The notes under the pieces: generated by a model
Database searches by the model: none
Told to the model about the DNA's origin: nothing
What the model saw: the letters and a program-made list of their open reading frames with translations, nothing else
In this document: in pieces, positions 63,408 to 64,000 of the stretch
How the letters are laid out: each line of letters opens with the position of its first letter
Numbering within the stretch: position 1 is the stretch's first letter
Assembly: GCA_951804945.1 (NCBI GenBank)
Contig: OX638159.1
Location: forward strand, 49,724,001 to 49,788,000
Origin: Podarcis cretensis
Lineage: Eukaryota
Reading direction: 5' to 3'
Length of the DNA stretch: 64,000 bases
Made by a program: the position numbers and the translations under genes

Positions 63408-63772
63408 AAAGGTAAAAGGTAAAGGTACCCCTGCCCGTACGGGCCAGTCTTGACAGACTCTGGGGTTGTGCGCCCATCTCACTTAAGAGGCCAGGGGCCA
63501 GCGCTGTCTGGAGACACTTCCGGGTCACGTGGCCAGCGTGACATCGCTGCTCTAGCGAGCCAGAGCCGCACACGGAAACGCCGTTTACCTTCCCGCTGGT
63601 AAGCGGTCCCTATTTATCTACTTGCACCTGGAGGTGCTTTCGAACTGCTAGGTTGGCAGGCGCTGGGACCGAGCAGCGGGAGCGCACCCCGCCGCAGGGA
63701 TTCGAACCGCCGACCTTTCGATTGGCAAGCCCTAGGCGCTGAGGCTTTAACCCACAGCGCCACCTGCGTCCC
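63408..63772 (-). mobile_element. Sauria SINE, young subfamily
   Basis: About four mismatches versus the 7277 copy; TSD ATTATGAATATA at 63396-63407 and 63775-63786. Confidence 0.95.
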
Positions 63773-63884
63773 ACATTATGAATATACAGCTCCTGAAATT
63801 AGCAAATTGCCTTTAAGGTGTTCTCCTGTAAACACTCAGTAAATGTGCAATTCAGCCCTCTTTTGGATTACTCTCAAAGGGAAG

Positions 63885-64000
63885 GGGTGTAGCTCAGTGG
63901 TAGAATACAGTACACACTTGCATGCAAAAAGTATGCAGCTCCAAACCCTTGTATTTCTGGGTAGGGCTGGGAAAGACCCCTGCCAGAAACACAGAGAGTC
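63885..64000 (+). mobile_element. tRNA-derived SINE head (Squam3-like), cut by the window edge
   Basis: A box TAGCTCAGTGG, decayed B box, then gtagggctgggaaagacccctgcc. Confidence 0.55.

Noticed and set aside
63885-63960. tRNA gene
   Set aside because: Only the A box is intact; there is no cloverleaf and the sequence continues into a SINE body.
41315-64000. NPR3 exon 4 (VNMFVEGFHDA...)
   Set aside because: Not found; it presumably lies beyond the window.

Overview
Vertebrate (squamate reptile, most likely a lacertid lizard) genomic DNA; the species guess comes from Sauria-type SINEs with ACCTTT tails, BovB, CR1, L2 and Penelope repeats. Two protein-coding genes point away from each other, each starting in a CpG island, with start codons about 24 kb apart. 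On the minus strand are coding exons 1-2 of TARS1 (threonyl-tRNA synthetase; 4005-4028 and 1948-2028), which the ORF track does not resolve. On the plus strand are coding exons 1-3 of NPR3 (natriuretic peptide clearance receptor; 28327-29065, 38705-38827, 41148-41314), followed by more than 22 kb of intron 3. The rest is intergenic or intronic DNA dense in SINEs, LINE fragments, solo LTRs, and hAT and Tc1/mariner-pogo MITEs, often nested. Most notable observations: (1) head-to-head TARS1/NPR3 order, unlike the tandem mammalian order as I recall it; (2) NPR3 exon 2-3 splicing regenerates the exon 2 donor exactly, a candidate recursive splice site; (3) a Penelope fragment with a minimal hammerhead ribozyme core; (4) an L1 insertion flanked by a perfect 151-bp duplication; (5) tail-like ACCT additions at SINE 5' junctions; (6) a solo LTR carrying a ~100-codon open frame. 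All identifications were made by eye and from remembered sequences; no searches were run.
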